Below are positions 12,859-23,384 of a stretch of 64,000 nt of DNA, piece by piece. Position numbers and translations under genes: made by a program. The notes under the pieces are model-generated. The model saw only the letters and a program-made list of their open reading frames with translations, was not told where the DNA came from and did not search any database. How positions within the stretch are numbered: position 1 is the stretch's first letter; each line of letters begins with the position of its first letter. Source of the DNA: an uncultured Gemmatimonadales bacterium (GTDB lineage: Bacteria > Gemmatimonadota > Gemmatimonadetes > Gemmatimonadales > Gemmatimonadaceae); contig CAVPQB010000005.1 of NCBI GenBank assembly GCA_963707505.1, positions 4,991 through 68,990 of the forward strand. The letters run 5' to 3'.

Positions 12859-13476
12859 GATGTCGCTCACAAAGCGCCAACGGGAAATTCTCACGTTATC
12901 TCGCCGACTACACCGAAGACCACGGTTACGCGCCGAGCTTCGAGGAGATCGCGACGCAGTTCAACTATAACTCGCTCGCGACGGTGCACGAGCATCTCAG
13001 CAATCTCGAGCGCAAAGTCGTACATCAAGCGGCGCTACAACGAGAGCCGCGGTATCGAGATCCTGCCGTCGGAGCAGTTCCCGCGCGCCGTGTCAGGTTC
13101 CGCTCCTCGGAACCGTCGCCGCCGGCATGCCCATCGAAGCGATCCAGACACCACGAGACGCATCGCCGTACCGGAGGACTTCGTCCGCCGCGCGCGGCAA
13201 TCACTACGTGCTCCGCGTCCGCGGCAACTCGATGATCGACGACCACATCTGCGACGGCGACTTCGTCATCGTCAACGAGCGAGCGCCGTGCGACAACGGC
13301 GAAACGGTGATCGCGCTCATCGATGGCACGTCGGCGACGGTCAAGCGATTCTATCGCGAGCGCGATGGCCGAATCCGGCTGCAGCCTGCGCAACGAAACG
13401 ATGGAGCCCATCTACGTCCACGAGAACGACGTCGCGATTCAGGGGATCGTCGTTGGCGTGCATGCGGCGCTGCTAG
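12859..13476 (+). pseudogene. lexA: LexA repressor; at least 7 frame switches are needed over about 620 nt
   Basis: Reconstructed by hand across frames as MSLTKRQREIL / YLADYTEDHGYAPSFEEIATQFNYNSLATVHEHLSNLERK / YIKRRYNESRGIEILP / VPLLGTVAAGMPIEAIQTP / IAVPEDFVRRA / GNHYVLRVRGNSMIDDHICDGDFVIVNE...TVKRFY / NETMEPIYVHENDVAIQGIVVGV / MRRC. The Ala-Gly cleavage site and the Ser and Lys catalytic motifs are present. Confidence 0.85.
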
Positions 13477-14566
13477 CGCGCGCTCGCAGCTGCGTGCGAC
13501 TGACCGCGCGGCGAGCGCGGCACGCAGGCGCAGTCTTTCGAGGGCCGCGTCGCCGAACCATCGGCGATCGCGGCCCTCGCCGCATCCACCCGTCGCGCAG
13601 CGATCGAGCGCATGCCCGCGACGTAGATCGCGGCCCCGGCATTGAGCGACGACTGCGGCGATCGCGCCCATGCCGGCGCCGTTCCCGCGAGGCACGCCGT
13701 CGACCAGCGCGGCATTCTCGTCCGGCGTCCCGCCCGCCAGCTCCGACGGGCGTGTGCCGCACCCCAGCTCGCCGAGTCGATCACGGATCGAACTCGCGCA
13801 TTCCGTGATCGCGGCATCGCGAACCTCCACGACGCGCGTCGGTCCGAGCGGCGAGATCTCGTCCAGTCCCGGCTCGCCGTGCACCACGAGCGAGTGGACG
13901 GTTCCGAGCGCCGCGAGTGCGCCGCGATCACGCGCCACACGAGCCGCATCGGCGACGCCGATCACCTGCCGGCCGACCGACGCCGGATTCGCCAGCGGGC
14001 CGACGACGTTCATCACCGTCGGAACGGCGAGCTCGCGTCGCACCGGACCGACGTGACGCATCGCGGGATGCATGCGTGGCGCGAACATGAAGACGATTCC
14101 GGCACTCGTCGTACGCGCGCCGCATCGCGGCGACGTCCACGTCGATGTCGCACGCCGAGCGCTTCGAGCACGTCGGCGCTGCCGGAGCTGCGACGTGAAG
14201 GACCGGTTGCCGTGCTTCGCGATGCGCGCGCCGGCGCCGGCGGCGACGAGTGCAGCCGCGGTGGAGATGTTGAATGTGCCGACCGCGCCGCCGCCCGTAC
14301 CGCACGTGTCGACGATACGATCCGGCTCCGGGAGATCGAGGCGGACCATGGCGCGGCGCAGCGCCTGCGCGGCGCCGGCGATCATCGCGGGCGATTCGCC
14401 GCGGACGCGCGAGCCCCATCAGCAGCGCGGACATCTGTACCGGCGACGCGTCGCCGCGCATCACGACGTCGAATGCGCCAGTGACGTCGTCCTGCGCGAT
14501 GTCGTGTCCGCGTGCGAGCGCGACGATCACGTCCTGCAGCGGCGCCGGTGGCGGCGTGTTGCTCAT
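13473..14566 (-). pseudogene. trpD: anthranilate phosphoribosyltransferase; frame breaks; 3' end approximate
   Basis: The N-terminus is in ORF 13928-14566 (DVTGAFDVVMRGDASPVQMSALLMGL). The core is in ORF 13351-14385 (IVDTCGTGGGAVGTFNISTAAALVAAGAGARIAKHGNRS, FMFAPRMHPAMRHVGPVRRELAVPTVMNVVGPLANPA). LNAGAAIYVAG is in ORF 13473-13949. Confidence 0.85.
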
Positions 14567-14599
14567 GCGTGCGCCGACGTCACGAGCGGACGATGTCTG

Positions 14600-15465
14600 T
14601 CAACGCTCGCTGCGGCGCGCTCGGCGAGTCTGCGCCTCGAGCTGCCGGATCGTGTCGCTCTGCGCACGCATCGTGGCGTCCTGCTGGTGCAGCTGCACGT
14701 GCGTCCGCTCGAGCCGGTCGACCGCGCTTCACCACCTGCGTCTCCACCGCCATGAGTCGTTCCTCAGCGGCGAGTGGCGCGACGCTCGGCGGCACCGACG
14801 GCTTCACGGAGCTGGTGTACGACCTCGCTCGTGCCCGCACGCTGCGCTGCGCGCAGCCGCTCGACCTCGCGCTCGAGTGCCGCCAGCGCTCTGCGCATGC
14901 TCGGCGCGCATCCGGGTGGTGACATCGTGCAATGCGGCCACTGCCTCGAAGCGCGCATCGCGTTCGTAGTAGCGGGCGTACGCCAGCTCGAACAGCGTCG
15001 CCAGCGGCGGCTCGCGCGCTCGAGCAGCTTGGCACCGAAGACCGGCGACGCGAATCGTACACGGCGAGGGCGGCGGCAAGCGCACCCTCGAAGACAACGC
15101 CCTTGAGCACGAGTCGGAAATCGTCCACCGCGGCGTCGACGCCGAGCAGACGGGCGTATTGAGATCCCTGGTCGCCAACATCCGCGAACCTCTGGCCGGC
15201 CAGCACCGCGTACTGCACTGTGGGCGGAAGGTGGTCCAGCGCGAGGAGTGCGCAAGGGCGGAAGCGCGGACCGTGGCCGGCCGCGATGTCAGCCGCAAGT
15301 TGCTCGTTGACCAGCGCGTTGCGTCGCGGATCGACGGTGAGCAGCACGACGCCGGTGCGCCGGTCGCCACCGGAAAGCTCTTCGTGGACCAATCTGGAGC
15401 GCGGCAGCGGCGTCCGGGGCCAGAGCAAGATCAGCCGCGAGCGCGGGAAGAGATTTCACGGACAT
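14600..15465 (-). pseudogene. hypothetical protein with a coiled-coil C-terminus; frame breaks; function unknown
   Basis: The ATG at 15465 gives MSVKSLPALAADLAL. A long stretch with high GC3 follows (LVHEELSGGDRRTGVVLLTVDPRRNALVNEQLAADIAAG...VDDFRLVLKGVVFEGA), then heptad-like segments in other frames (LAALEREVERLRAAQ; VDRLERTHVQLHQQDATMRAQSDTIRQLEAQ). I recognise no family. Confidence 0.4.
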
Positions 15466-15588
15466 CCGATGCTGCGAGTTTGCGTGCTGAATCGTGACTT
15501 GTCAATGCTTTGCGTGCATTGTACGCTACAGTTTACTTACAGCGGCGAATTGCTTGACATCACATCGACCCGGATAAGTTCCGGCGCC

Positions 15589-16368
15589 ATGCGGGAGCGG
15601 ACCGTGCAACTCGTACTGCAGTATGACGGGTCACGGTTCGCCGGATGGCAGCGTCAGCCGGCAACGGTGACGGTTCAGGGTGCTGTCGAAGGCGTACTCG
15701 AACGATTGTTCGAACGCCGCGTAACGTTGATCGGGGCTGGACGGACAGACGCAGGGGTTCACGCGCGAGGACAGGCTGCGCACGTGCGAGTGCCGGAGAC
15801 GTGGAACGCCTCCAAACTTCGCCGAGCGCTCAACTCGCTGCTCCCACCCGACGTCTGGATGGCACAGGCGCACAACGTTACCGATCACTTCCATGCCCGC
15901 TACAGCGCCATTTCGCGACGATACACGTACCAGCTCGGGACGGACGACGAGTCCGACTCGCCTTTCAGGCGCGGTACGAATGGCGCCTTCCGTGGCAATT
16001 GCGCGATGAATCGGCGCTGTCAGGCGCAGCCGAGTCACTCCTCGGCGAGCATCAGTTCTACGGCTTCGCGGTTCGTGGCACCGCCCCAGAGACCGACGAG
16101 CACCGCTGCACCGTCACCCACGCGGCATGGGTGCGCAAACGGCGGGAGGCTCGATTTCACGATCGAGGCGAACCGATTCTTGCACCATATGGTGCGCTTC
16201 CTCGTCGGCACGATGATAGATGTCGCGGCCGGACGCAGGAGGCCCGAATCGTTCGTCGAGTTGCTCGGCGCGCCGAACAATCTCGCCGTCTCCCCGCCGG
16301 CCCCGTCGCACGGTCTGTTTCTCGACCGGGTGGCCTATCCGGCTCACTTCTATCCTGAGGGCGTATGA
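15589..16368 (+). pseudogene. truA: tRNA pseudouridine(38-40) synthase; two compensating frame breaks in the middle
   Basis: Contains VQLVLQYDGSRFAGWQRQP and GAGRTDAGVHARGQ (catalytic Asp). The middle segment YEWRLPWQLRDESALSGAAESLLGEHQFYGFAV is in the frame of ORF 15645-16358. The sequence returns to frame for FTIEANRFLHHMVRFLVGT. Confidence 0.85.
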
Positions 16369-17029
16369 AGATCTTCGTTCAGAGCGCGTCGGTCGCAGAG
16401 ATCAGGGAGTGGGCTTCGGCAGGTCTCCTCGACGGCGTAGTTCTTTCACCGGTCGATCTCGCGGCCGAGGATCCTTCGGCGACGGTGCTGGAGAGGCTCG
16501 CTGAGATCGACCGTCGATTTCGGCGTTCCGGTATGCGTTCCTGTCAGTGCGATAAGTGGCGCGGACATCTACCGGGAAGCGCGTGACATAGCGCGCGTAT
16601 CGGAGCATGCCATCGTGCAGGTTCCCTTCGTCGAAGACGCGGTGTCGCCAATGCGAAAGCTCGTTGCGGACGGCGTGAGGATCTGCACGACGCAAGTCTA
16701 CTCCGGCGCGCAGGCGTTCATCGCAGCCAAGCTCGGTGCATCGATGGTCGCGACCGACGTACGCGAAATCGACGCGCAGGGTCGCCCAAGCGCGGAGATG
16801 GTGGCGCAGATACGTGCGGTGATCGACAAGTGCGGACTCGAGTGCGATGTCGCAGTCGACACCGCCGCAGAGCTCCATCGCTTTCACGAACTATCTGTTC
16901 GCCGGCGCGGACGTCGCGTACGTCACTCCGGAGTTGTTCGGCTCGTTGATGGTGCATTCGCTCACCGATCGCGGCGTCGATCGATACCTGAGCGCCATCG
17001 CCAAACGTCACAAGCCGAGGAGTCTGTAG
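16365..17029 (+). pseudogene. transaldolase/fructose-6-phosphate-aldolase-fold protein lacking canonical catalytic motifs; frame breaks
   Basis: The three pieces are ORF 16365-16586, ORF 16615-17112 and ORF 16847-17029. AIVQVPFVEDAVSPMRKLVADGVRICTTQVYSGAQAFIAAKLGA parallels the FSA/TalC segment IVVKVP.T.EG...GI..N.T..Y...Q...A..AGA. The C-terminus reads HSLTDRGVDRYL. Confidence 0.6.
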
Positions 17030-17032
17030 GCA

Positions 17033-18427
17033 ATGAATCGGATAGGTGTCGTTGCGATCATCATGGCGGCGAATCGCATGCCAGGGTGGATCATCCAAGG
17101 CGCAACAGGTAACCGTCGCGCAACCCGCCGCCAACGCACGGGTGGATGCCTCGCGGCGCACCGCAATCACAGCCGCGGTCGCACGCGTCGCACCGAGCGT
17201 CGTGACCGTGCAGACGGAGGCAGTGGAGCACGTTCCGGCGGACATGATGGAGCAGTTCTTCGGCGGCAACTCTGCCGAGCGGCCGGTGGCGGGACTTGGT
17301 TCCGGCTTCATACTGCGCAAGGATGGCGTGATACTCACCAACGCGCATGTCGTGCGCGGAGCAACACGAATCTCCGTAGCGCTGCGCGATGGAACGACGC
17401 TATGTCGCGAAGCTCGTTGGCGTGGATGATGTGAACGATCTTGCAGTGCTCAAGGTCGATGCTTCGAACCTTCCGGTCGCTCCGCTCGGAAATTCATCAT
17501 CGCTGATCGTCGGTGAGTGGTCGATCGCCATCGGCAATCCGTACGGCTTCGTGCTCGCGAATACCGAGCCAAGTGTCACTGTCGGAGTCGTCAGTGGTGT
17601 GGGACGCAATCTCGTCGCGCCGCCCCCCGATGCGGGCAATGGCGCCTACGTGGACATGATCCAGACCGATGCAGCGATCAACCCCGGTAATTCGGGTGGT
17701 CCGCTCGTCGACGCTGCGGGAGAGGTCATAGGCGTGAACAGCTCGATCTATTCTCCCAGCGGTGGCTCTGTCGGACTCGGCTTCGCCATTCCGATCAACC
17801 GCGCGGCACGCGTGGCCGACGACCTGCTCACGCATGGCTCGGTTCGCCGTCCGTGGATCGGGGTCAAGCCGGCGGTGAGCGAGAATCGCACGCCAGGCCA
17901 GCGCCCACAACGTGGCGTCACGGTCGCGGCCGTAACTGCCGGATCACCTGCTGCATCCGCCGGAATTCGCAGTGGCGACGTGATCGTACAAGTCGCTGCA
18001 CGACAGATACGGAATGCCTACGACTGGGAGGCCGAGTTGCTGGAGCTGAGAGTCGGCGAGACGATTCCAATCACGTTCCAGCGAAGTGGCTCGCGAAAAG
18101 ACCGTGAACGTGCGCATCGCGGATCTTCCCGAAGTGAACGCACCGCGGGTAACGGTGCTGCACGAGATCGAGCTGACGACGCTCACGCCGGCGATTCGCT
18201 CCGAGCGCAACATCAGAAGTCAGTCTGGCGCATACGTGCAGAACGTGAGTCCACGCGTCTCGGCGCAGATCGGCCTCGCACAGGGCGACGTGATAGTTCA
18301 GGTGAACAGAGCGCGGATTACAAGCGCCGAAGATGCCGCGGCGGCGCTCAACAGCGGGAGAGGTGTGGTAGTGATGTACGTCGAACGGCAGGGCCAGTTC
18401 TACTCGACCGAATTCGTGACGCAGTAG
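17033..18427 (+). pseudogene. htrA: HtrA/DegP-family serine protease with two PDZ domains; frame breaks
   Basis: Contains GSGFILRKDGVILTNAHVV (His), NDLAVLKV (Asp) and [16 protein letters not shown] (Ser). PDZ-like segments are [27 protein letters not shown] and [26 protein letters not shown]. The pieces are spread across ORFs 17046-, 17389- and 18086-18427. Confidence 0.85.
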
Positions 18428-19866
18428 ATGCACGATACATATTCGTCACCGCTCGTCCGCGCGATACGCGTCGCGCGCCATGCTGGAGCTGTGGTCCGCG
18501 CAGCAGCGCGCATCTGCTCTGGCGCCAACTGTGGATCGCGCTCGCGGAGTCAGAGATGGAGCTCGGCGTCGCGATTCCGCAATCGGCGATCGCCGAGATG
18601 CGCGCGGCCGCTGCCACGATCGATTTCGATGCGGCAGCGAAGTACGAGCAACGCTTCCGACACGACGTGATGGCGCACGTGCACACGTTCGCCGATGCCG
18701 CGCCCGAGCGCGCGGCGGTTCATCCATCTCGGCGCGACGAGCGCGTATCGTGACTGACAACGCCGACCTGATCCTGATGCGCCGTGCGCTCTCGATGCTT
18801 CGCGGCCGCGCAGTCGACGTCGTCCGCGCGCTCGCGGCGTTCGCAGACAGTGGAAGGACGAGCCGACGCTCGGCTACACGCACATTCAGCCGGCGCAGCT
18901 GACGACCGTCGGCAAGCGCGCGACGCTGTGGATGCAGGATCTCGTACTCGACATCCGCGGACATCGAGTACCGCATCGACGCGCTACCGCTGCGCGGCGT
19001 CAAGGGGACGACCGGTACGCAGGCGTCGTTCCTGCGGCTGTTCGACGGCGACCACGCGAAGGTGCGCGAGCTGGATCGGCTCGTTACGTCGCGAAGATGG
19101 GCTTCGCCTCGTCGATTCCCGTCAGCGGACAGACGTACACGCGGAAGCTCGACGCCGCGGTGCTCGGCGTGGTGGCCGGCGTCGCAGCCAGTGCGGCGAA
19201 GTTCGCGAGCGACATGCGCCTGCTGCAGTCCTTCGGCGAGATCGAAGAGCCATTCGAGAAGGAGCAGATCGGCTCGTCGGCGATGGCCTACAAGCGCAAT
19301 CCGATGCGGTCGGAGCGGATCAACTCGCTCGCGCGCTTCGTATTGTCGCTCGAGCCCAATGCGAACGAGACCCACTCGGTGCAGTACTTCGAGCGCACGC
19401 TCGACGACAGCGCCAATCGGCGACTCGTGATACCGGAGATGTTTCTTGCGACCGATGCGATCATGCTGATCATGCGAAACATCGCGTCCGGACTCGAGGT
19501 TCACCCCGCGCGCATCGCGCGCCGCGTCGCAGACGAGCTGCCATTCATGGCGACCGAGGAGACTGATCGTGCGCGCTGTGGAGGCCGGCGGCGATCGCCA
19601 GGAAGCGCACGAGGTGATCCGGAAACACAGCGTCGCAGCCGCGCACTGCCGTCAAGGACGGCGCGAGCGCAACGACATGCTGGACAGACTCGCTGCCGAT
19701 CCCGATTATGCCTGTCCCTATCGACGATCTCCGGAGACGTGCTGGACGCACGTAGCTTCATCGGGCGCGCCGAGCGAGCAGGTTACCGAGTTCCTGCACG
19801 AAGTGGTTGTTCCGTTGCTGGATGAATCGGCCGGTGACGCTATCCGCGGAGGCACTTCGCGTATGA
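18428..19866 (+). pseudogene. purB: adenylosuccinate lyase; multiple frame breaks
   Basis: Starts [12 protein letters not shown] 17389-18753 contains [21 protein letters not shown]...[20 protein letters not shown] 18932-19825 contains [13 protein letters not shown]...[17 protein letters not shown]...[13 protein letters not shown]. The inferred stop (TGA at 19864-19866) overlaps the purC ATG. Confidence 0.85.
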
Positions 19867-20789
19867 CGACGCCGATCAGCGCAACGTCGCTTCCGCTTGC
19901 CTGTCCTCAGACATGGCAAGGTCCGCGACGTTTATGAGGTCGATGCAGATCGCGTGCTGCTCGTCGCGACGGATCGCGTGAGCGCGTTCGACGTTGTGCT
20001 GGATCAACCGGTGCCGCACAAGGGCGCAGTGCTCACCCAGCTCACGGCGTGGTGGCTCAGCCAGATCCGCGACGTCCCACACCACATGATCACGGCCGAC
20101 GCATCGGAGATCGTGTCACTCGTTCCGTCGCTCGCGCGCTCATCGCGAGATGTTGCAGGGACGCGCGATGCTCTCGCGCCGCGCAAACGTATTTCCCGTC
20201 GAGTGCGTCGTCCGTGCATATCTGTCCGGCAGTGGCTGGAAGGATTACCTCGCGACCGGAAGACTCGCCGGTGAGGCATTACCGGCGCGGAATGCGTCGA
20301 GAGCGCAGGCGTTACCGGAGCCGCGCTTCACGCCGGCGACCAAGGCCGAGTCCGGACACGACGAAAACATATCGCGCGCAGAAACGAGCACATCGGCTCG
20401 GCGCCGTCGCTGATCGGCTCGAGGGGCTGTCGCTGGAGCTCTTCCGCTTTGGATCCAGAGTGGCGGAAAGCGCCGGATTGATTCTCGCGGACACCAAGTT
20501 CGAGTTCGGCGAGCGTGACGGGCAGGTTATATTGATAGACGAAGTCATGACTCCCGACAGCTCGCGTTTCTGGGCGCGCGATTCCTATCGCGCCGGTACG
20601 ACGCCGCCGAGCTTCGATAAACAGCCGCTGCGCGATTACCTGCAACGCTTGCGCAACGAAGGAAAGTGGAACGGCGAGGCGCCCGGTCCGCACATTCCGC
20701 CGGACGTGATCACCGCAATGAGCAACCGGTATCTCGAGGCGTACAGACGCCTCACCGGATCGTCACTTTCGATCGGTAACGCAACTTGA
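19863..20789 (+). pseudogene. purC: phosphoribosylaminoimidazole-succinocarboxamide synthase; frame breaks
   Basis: Contains [58 protein letters not shown] and ILADTKFEFGERDGQVILIDEVMTPDSSRFW. The pieces are spread across ORFs 19897-, 20150- and 20049-20789. Confidence 0.85.
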
Positions 20790-21440
20790 GCTTCGCGCGC
20801 GAAGGCTGGCCATTCATCGGCATCGGTGTCGTCGCAGTGGTAATTGCGTTCATCGCCGCGCTGCACTTCCGGTCGTGGCCGTTATGGCTGCTTGCGATTC
20901 TCATCACCGTCGTCGCCCTCTGGTGCGCGTACTTTTTCCGCGACCCCGAGCGAACAGGCCGACGCGGCCCGGATCTCATCGTCGCTCCGGCTGACGGCAA
21001 GATACTGATGATCACCGACGTCGACGAGCCGCTGTTCGTCCACGGCACGGCGACTCGGATTTCGATTTTCATGAACATCTTCAACGTACATGTGAACCGC
21101 TATCCGGTAGATGGACGTGTGGACTTCGTGCATTACAACAAGGGCAAGTTCCTGAACGCAGCCGCCGAGAAGTCGAGTCTGGAGAACGAACAGATGTCGG
21201 TCGGCGTAACGACCGCGGCCGGCGTTCGAATTCTCACTCGTCAGATTGCGGGACTCATCGCGCGCCGCATCGTCACCTACAGCAAGATCGGCGACGAGGC
21301 GCACCAGGGCGAACGGTTCGGCATCATTCGATTCGGATCGCGTGTCGATGTGTTCATCCCGACCAACTCGACAATCAACGCGAAGCTCGGTGACATAACG
21401 ACGGCCGGGACGACTGTACTGGCGGAGCTGCAACCGGTGA
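20786..21440 (+). CDS. psd: phosphatidylserine decarboxylase proenzyme (short, Asd-type); no in-frame stop as the sequence stands
   Basis: Contains N-terminal TM helices, FFRDPER, APADGKI, ISIFMNIFNVHVNRYP and GIIRFGSRVDVFIP (GS self-cleavage motif). A TGA at 21438-21440 sits in another frame, directly before the pssA GTG. Confidence 0.8.
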
Positions 21441-22413
21441 GTGCGCGCGTCGCTGGGACCGCATCATCATCGCCGTCGCCCGATTCGCCGCGCGGTGATT
21501 CTGCTGCCCAGCGGTCTCACGATCGCCAATCTGTTCTTCGGCATATTCGCGATCGTTGCAGCCGCGCGCGGAGATCCGATCGCGCGCGGGCCTGTACGTC
21601 GTTCTCGCCGGCATTTTCGACGTCGTTCGATGGCCGCGTCGCGCGCGCAACCAATACCGGATCGCCGCTCGGCTCAGAGCTCGACTCGCTGGTGGACATC
21701 GTTTCGTTCGGTGTCGCGCCTGCGATGATCATGTACTTCGCGGTTCTCAATCGCGAAGGCTGGGACTGGGTATTCTCGTTCGCGTTCATCGCGTGCGCCG
21801 CGCTGCGCCTTGCGCGTTTCAACGTCGAGCAGGCGGGCCGCGCGAAGCGCTACTTTCACGGCCTGCCAAGTCCGGCAGCGGGATTGACGCTCGCCACGTA
21901 CTACTGGTTCAGCCAGACGTCGCTGTACAACGATACGAACATCGCGAATCTTCAATGGCACGTGATGCTCGCTTCGTGATGGCCGGGCTCGGTGCACTCA
22001 TGGTGAGCGACGCATCGTATCCGGCGGTCCCAACCGTCGGTTTCAGGTCGCTGCGCGAGATACTCGGCACAATCGTGGTGCTTGGCACGATCATCGGCGT
22101 GTTCTTCGTACCCAAGCAATTCTTCTTCCCCGCGTGCCTCGCGTACGTGCTGTATGGTCTTGGCCGATCCGTGTTGCTCGGCTTGCTTGGGCGGCCAACC
22201 GTGAGCAACCACGACGCGGATCTCGATAGCGAAGAGGACGATGACACAGATATCGAGCCGCTCGATCGGCCCGCGACTGCCACGCTCGCCTATTCGCCGT
22301 CGGAGACGACGCAATGTCACCAGACGCCGTCGTCGCCGGCGTCGTCCCAGGCGCGACCGGCCCGGGAACGACAATCCGGACGAAGCTCCACCTTCACCCG
22401 AAACTTGAGGTAG
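21441..22413 (+). pseudogene. pssA: CDP-diacylglycerol--serine O-phosphatidyltransferase (CDP-alcohol phosphatidyltransferase family); frame breaks
   Basis: Contains LLPSGLTIANLFFGIFAI (ORF 21441-), GSELDSLVDIVSFGVAPA (CDP-alcohol motif, inside ORF 20786-21979) and C-terminal TM segments in ORF 21556-22413. Confidence 0.7.
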
Positions 22414-22416
22414 CTC

Positions 22417-22690
22417 GTGCAGTTATATCGCGTTCCCGTTCAGATAATCCCGCGTCCCGGAATCCTCGATCCGCAAGGCGCAGCGGTTGCGGGCGCGCTC
22501 CGCAGCCTCGGTTTCAACACTATCGCGGATATACGAGTCGGGCGCTTCATCACCGTCGACGTCAACGCGGCCAGCGCTACCGACGCGACAAGCGCGGTTC
22601 GCAGCATGTGCGAGAAGCTGCTCGCGAATCCGGTGATCGAAGACTTCGTGCTCGAAGAGCCGAGCGCTGCAACAGGGCGGTCAGTCGTGA
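22417..22690 (+). CDS. purS: phosphoribosylformylglycinamidine synthase subunit PurS; reads in frame into purQ as the sequence stands
   Basis: Contains [33 protein letters not shown]...[17 protein letters not shown]. The expected GTGA stop/start overlap at 22687-22690 is present, but the TGA is out of frame. Confidence 0.8.
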
Positions 22691-23383
22691 AGTTCGGAAT
22701 CGTCACATTTCCCGGATCAAACGGCGACTACGATGCTTACCACGCCGCGGCGGACGCACTCGGCGAGGAGTCGGTGTATCTCTGGCATAAGGATCACGAT
22801 CTCAAGGGCTGCGATGTGATCGTGCTTCCTGGTGGTTTCAGTTACGGTGATTACCTGCGGCCCGGCGCGATCGCTCGGTTCAGTCCGATCATGAATGAAG
22901 TCGTCGCGCACGCGAAGCGCGGCGCGCCCGTGCTTGCGATCTGCAACGGATTTCAGGTCGCGTGCGAGGCCGGCTTGCTTCCCGGCGCGCTTCTGCGGAA
23001 CGCCTCGCTGCGATTCGTGTCACGCGTCGTCACGATGCGCGTGGAAAACGCCGTCCAGCATGTTCACGCATGAATATTTCACGGGCCAGGTACTGTCAGT
23101 GCCAGTCGCGCATGGAGACGGTCGTTACACCGCTGACCCCGACGTGATCGCGAGCTCGGAAGGCGAAGGACGCGTCGCGTTCCGGTATTGCTCGCGAGAC
23201 CGGCGACACCACGCAGTGAAGGCAACGTCAACGGCTCCGTCAACGGAATCGCCGGAATCATCAAGTGAGGCTGGCAATGTGCTCGGCATGATGCCGCACC
23301 CCGAGCGAGCGGTGGATCCGATCATCGGTACGACCGACGGACTCGGCGTGTTCGACTCGCTGCTCGGTGGAGTGACCGCCTGA
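22687..23383 (+). pseudogene. purQ: phosphoribosylformylglycinamidine synthase, glutaminase subunit PurQ; frame breaks
   Basis: Contains [28 protein letters not shown] and LAICNGFQV (catalytic Cys). ORF 22895-23383 contains VPVAHGDGRY and GMMPHPER. Confidence 0.85.
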
Positions 23384-23384
23384 C

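Noticed and set aside
15470-15588. Divergent promoter elements between the hypothetical gene and truA (TTGTCA-17-TACGCT, and a repeated TTTGCGTGC).
   Set aside because: These are plausible by pattern only. In a high-GC genome with unknown sigma-factor consensus the evidence is too thin to list as a feature.
20786-21979. An apparent Psd-PssA read-through fusion (397-aa ORF).
   Set aside because: A TGA at 21438-21440 immediately precedes the pssA GTG, but in another frame. The downstream part of the long ORF is partly out of the pssA frame. This is the same indel artefact explanation.
22417-23073. An apparent in-frame PurS-PurQ fusion ORF.
   Set aside because: The classic GTGA stop/start overlap is present at 22687-22690, but the TGA is one base out of the purS frame. 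The locus lies in the indel-dense block, so a single erroneous indel near the purS 3' end is the simplest explanation.
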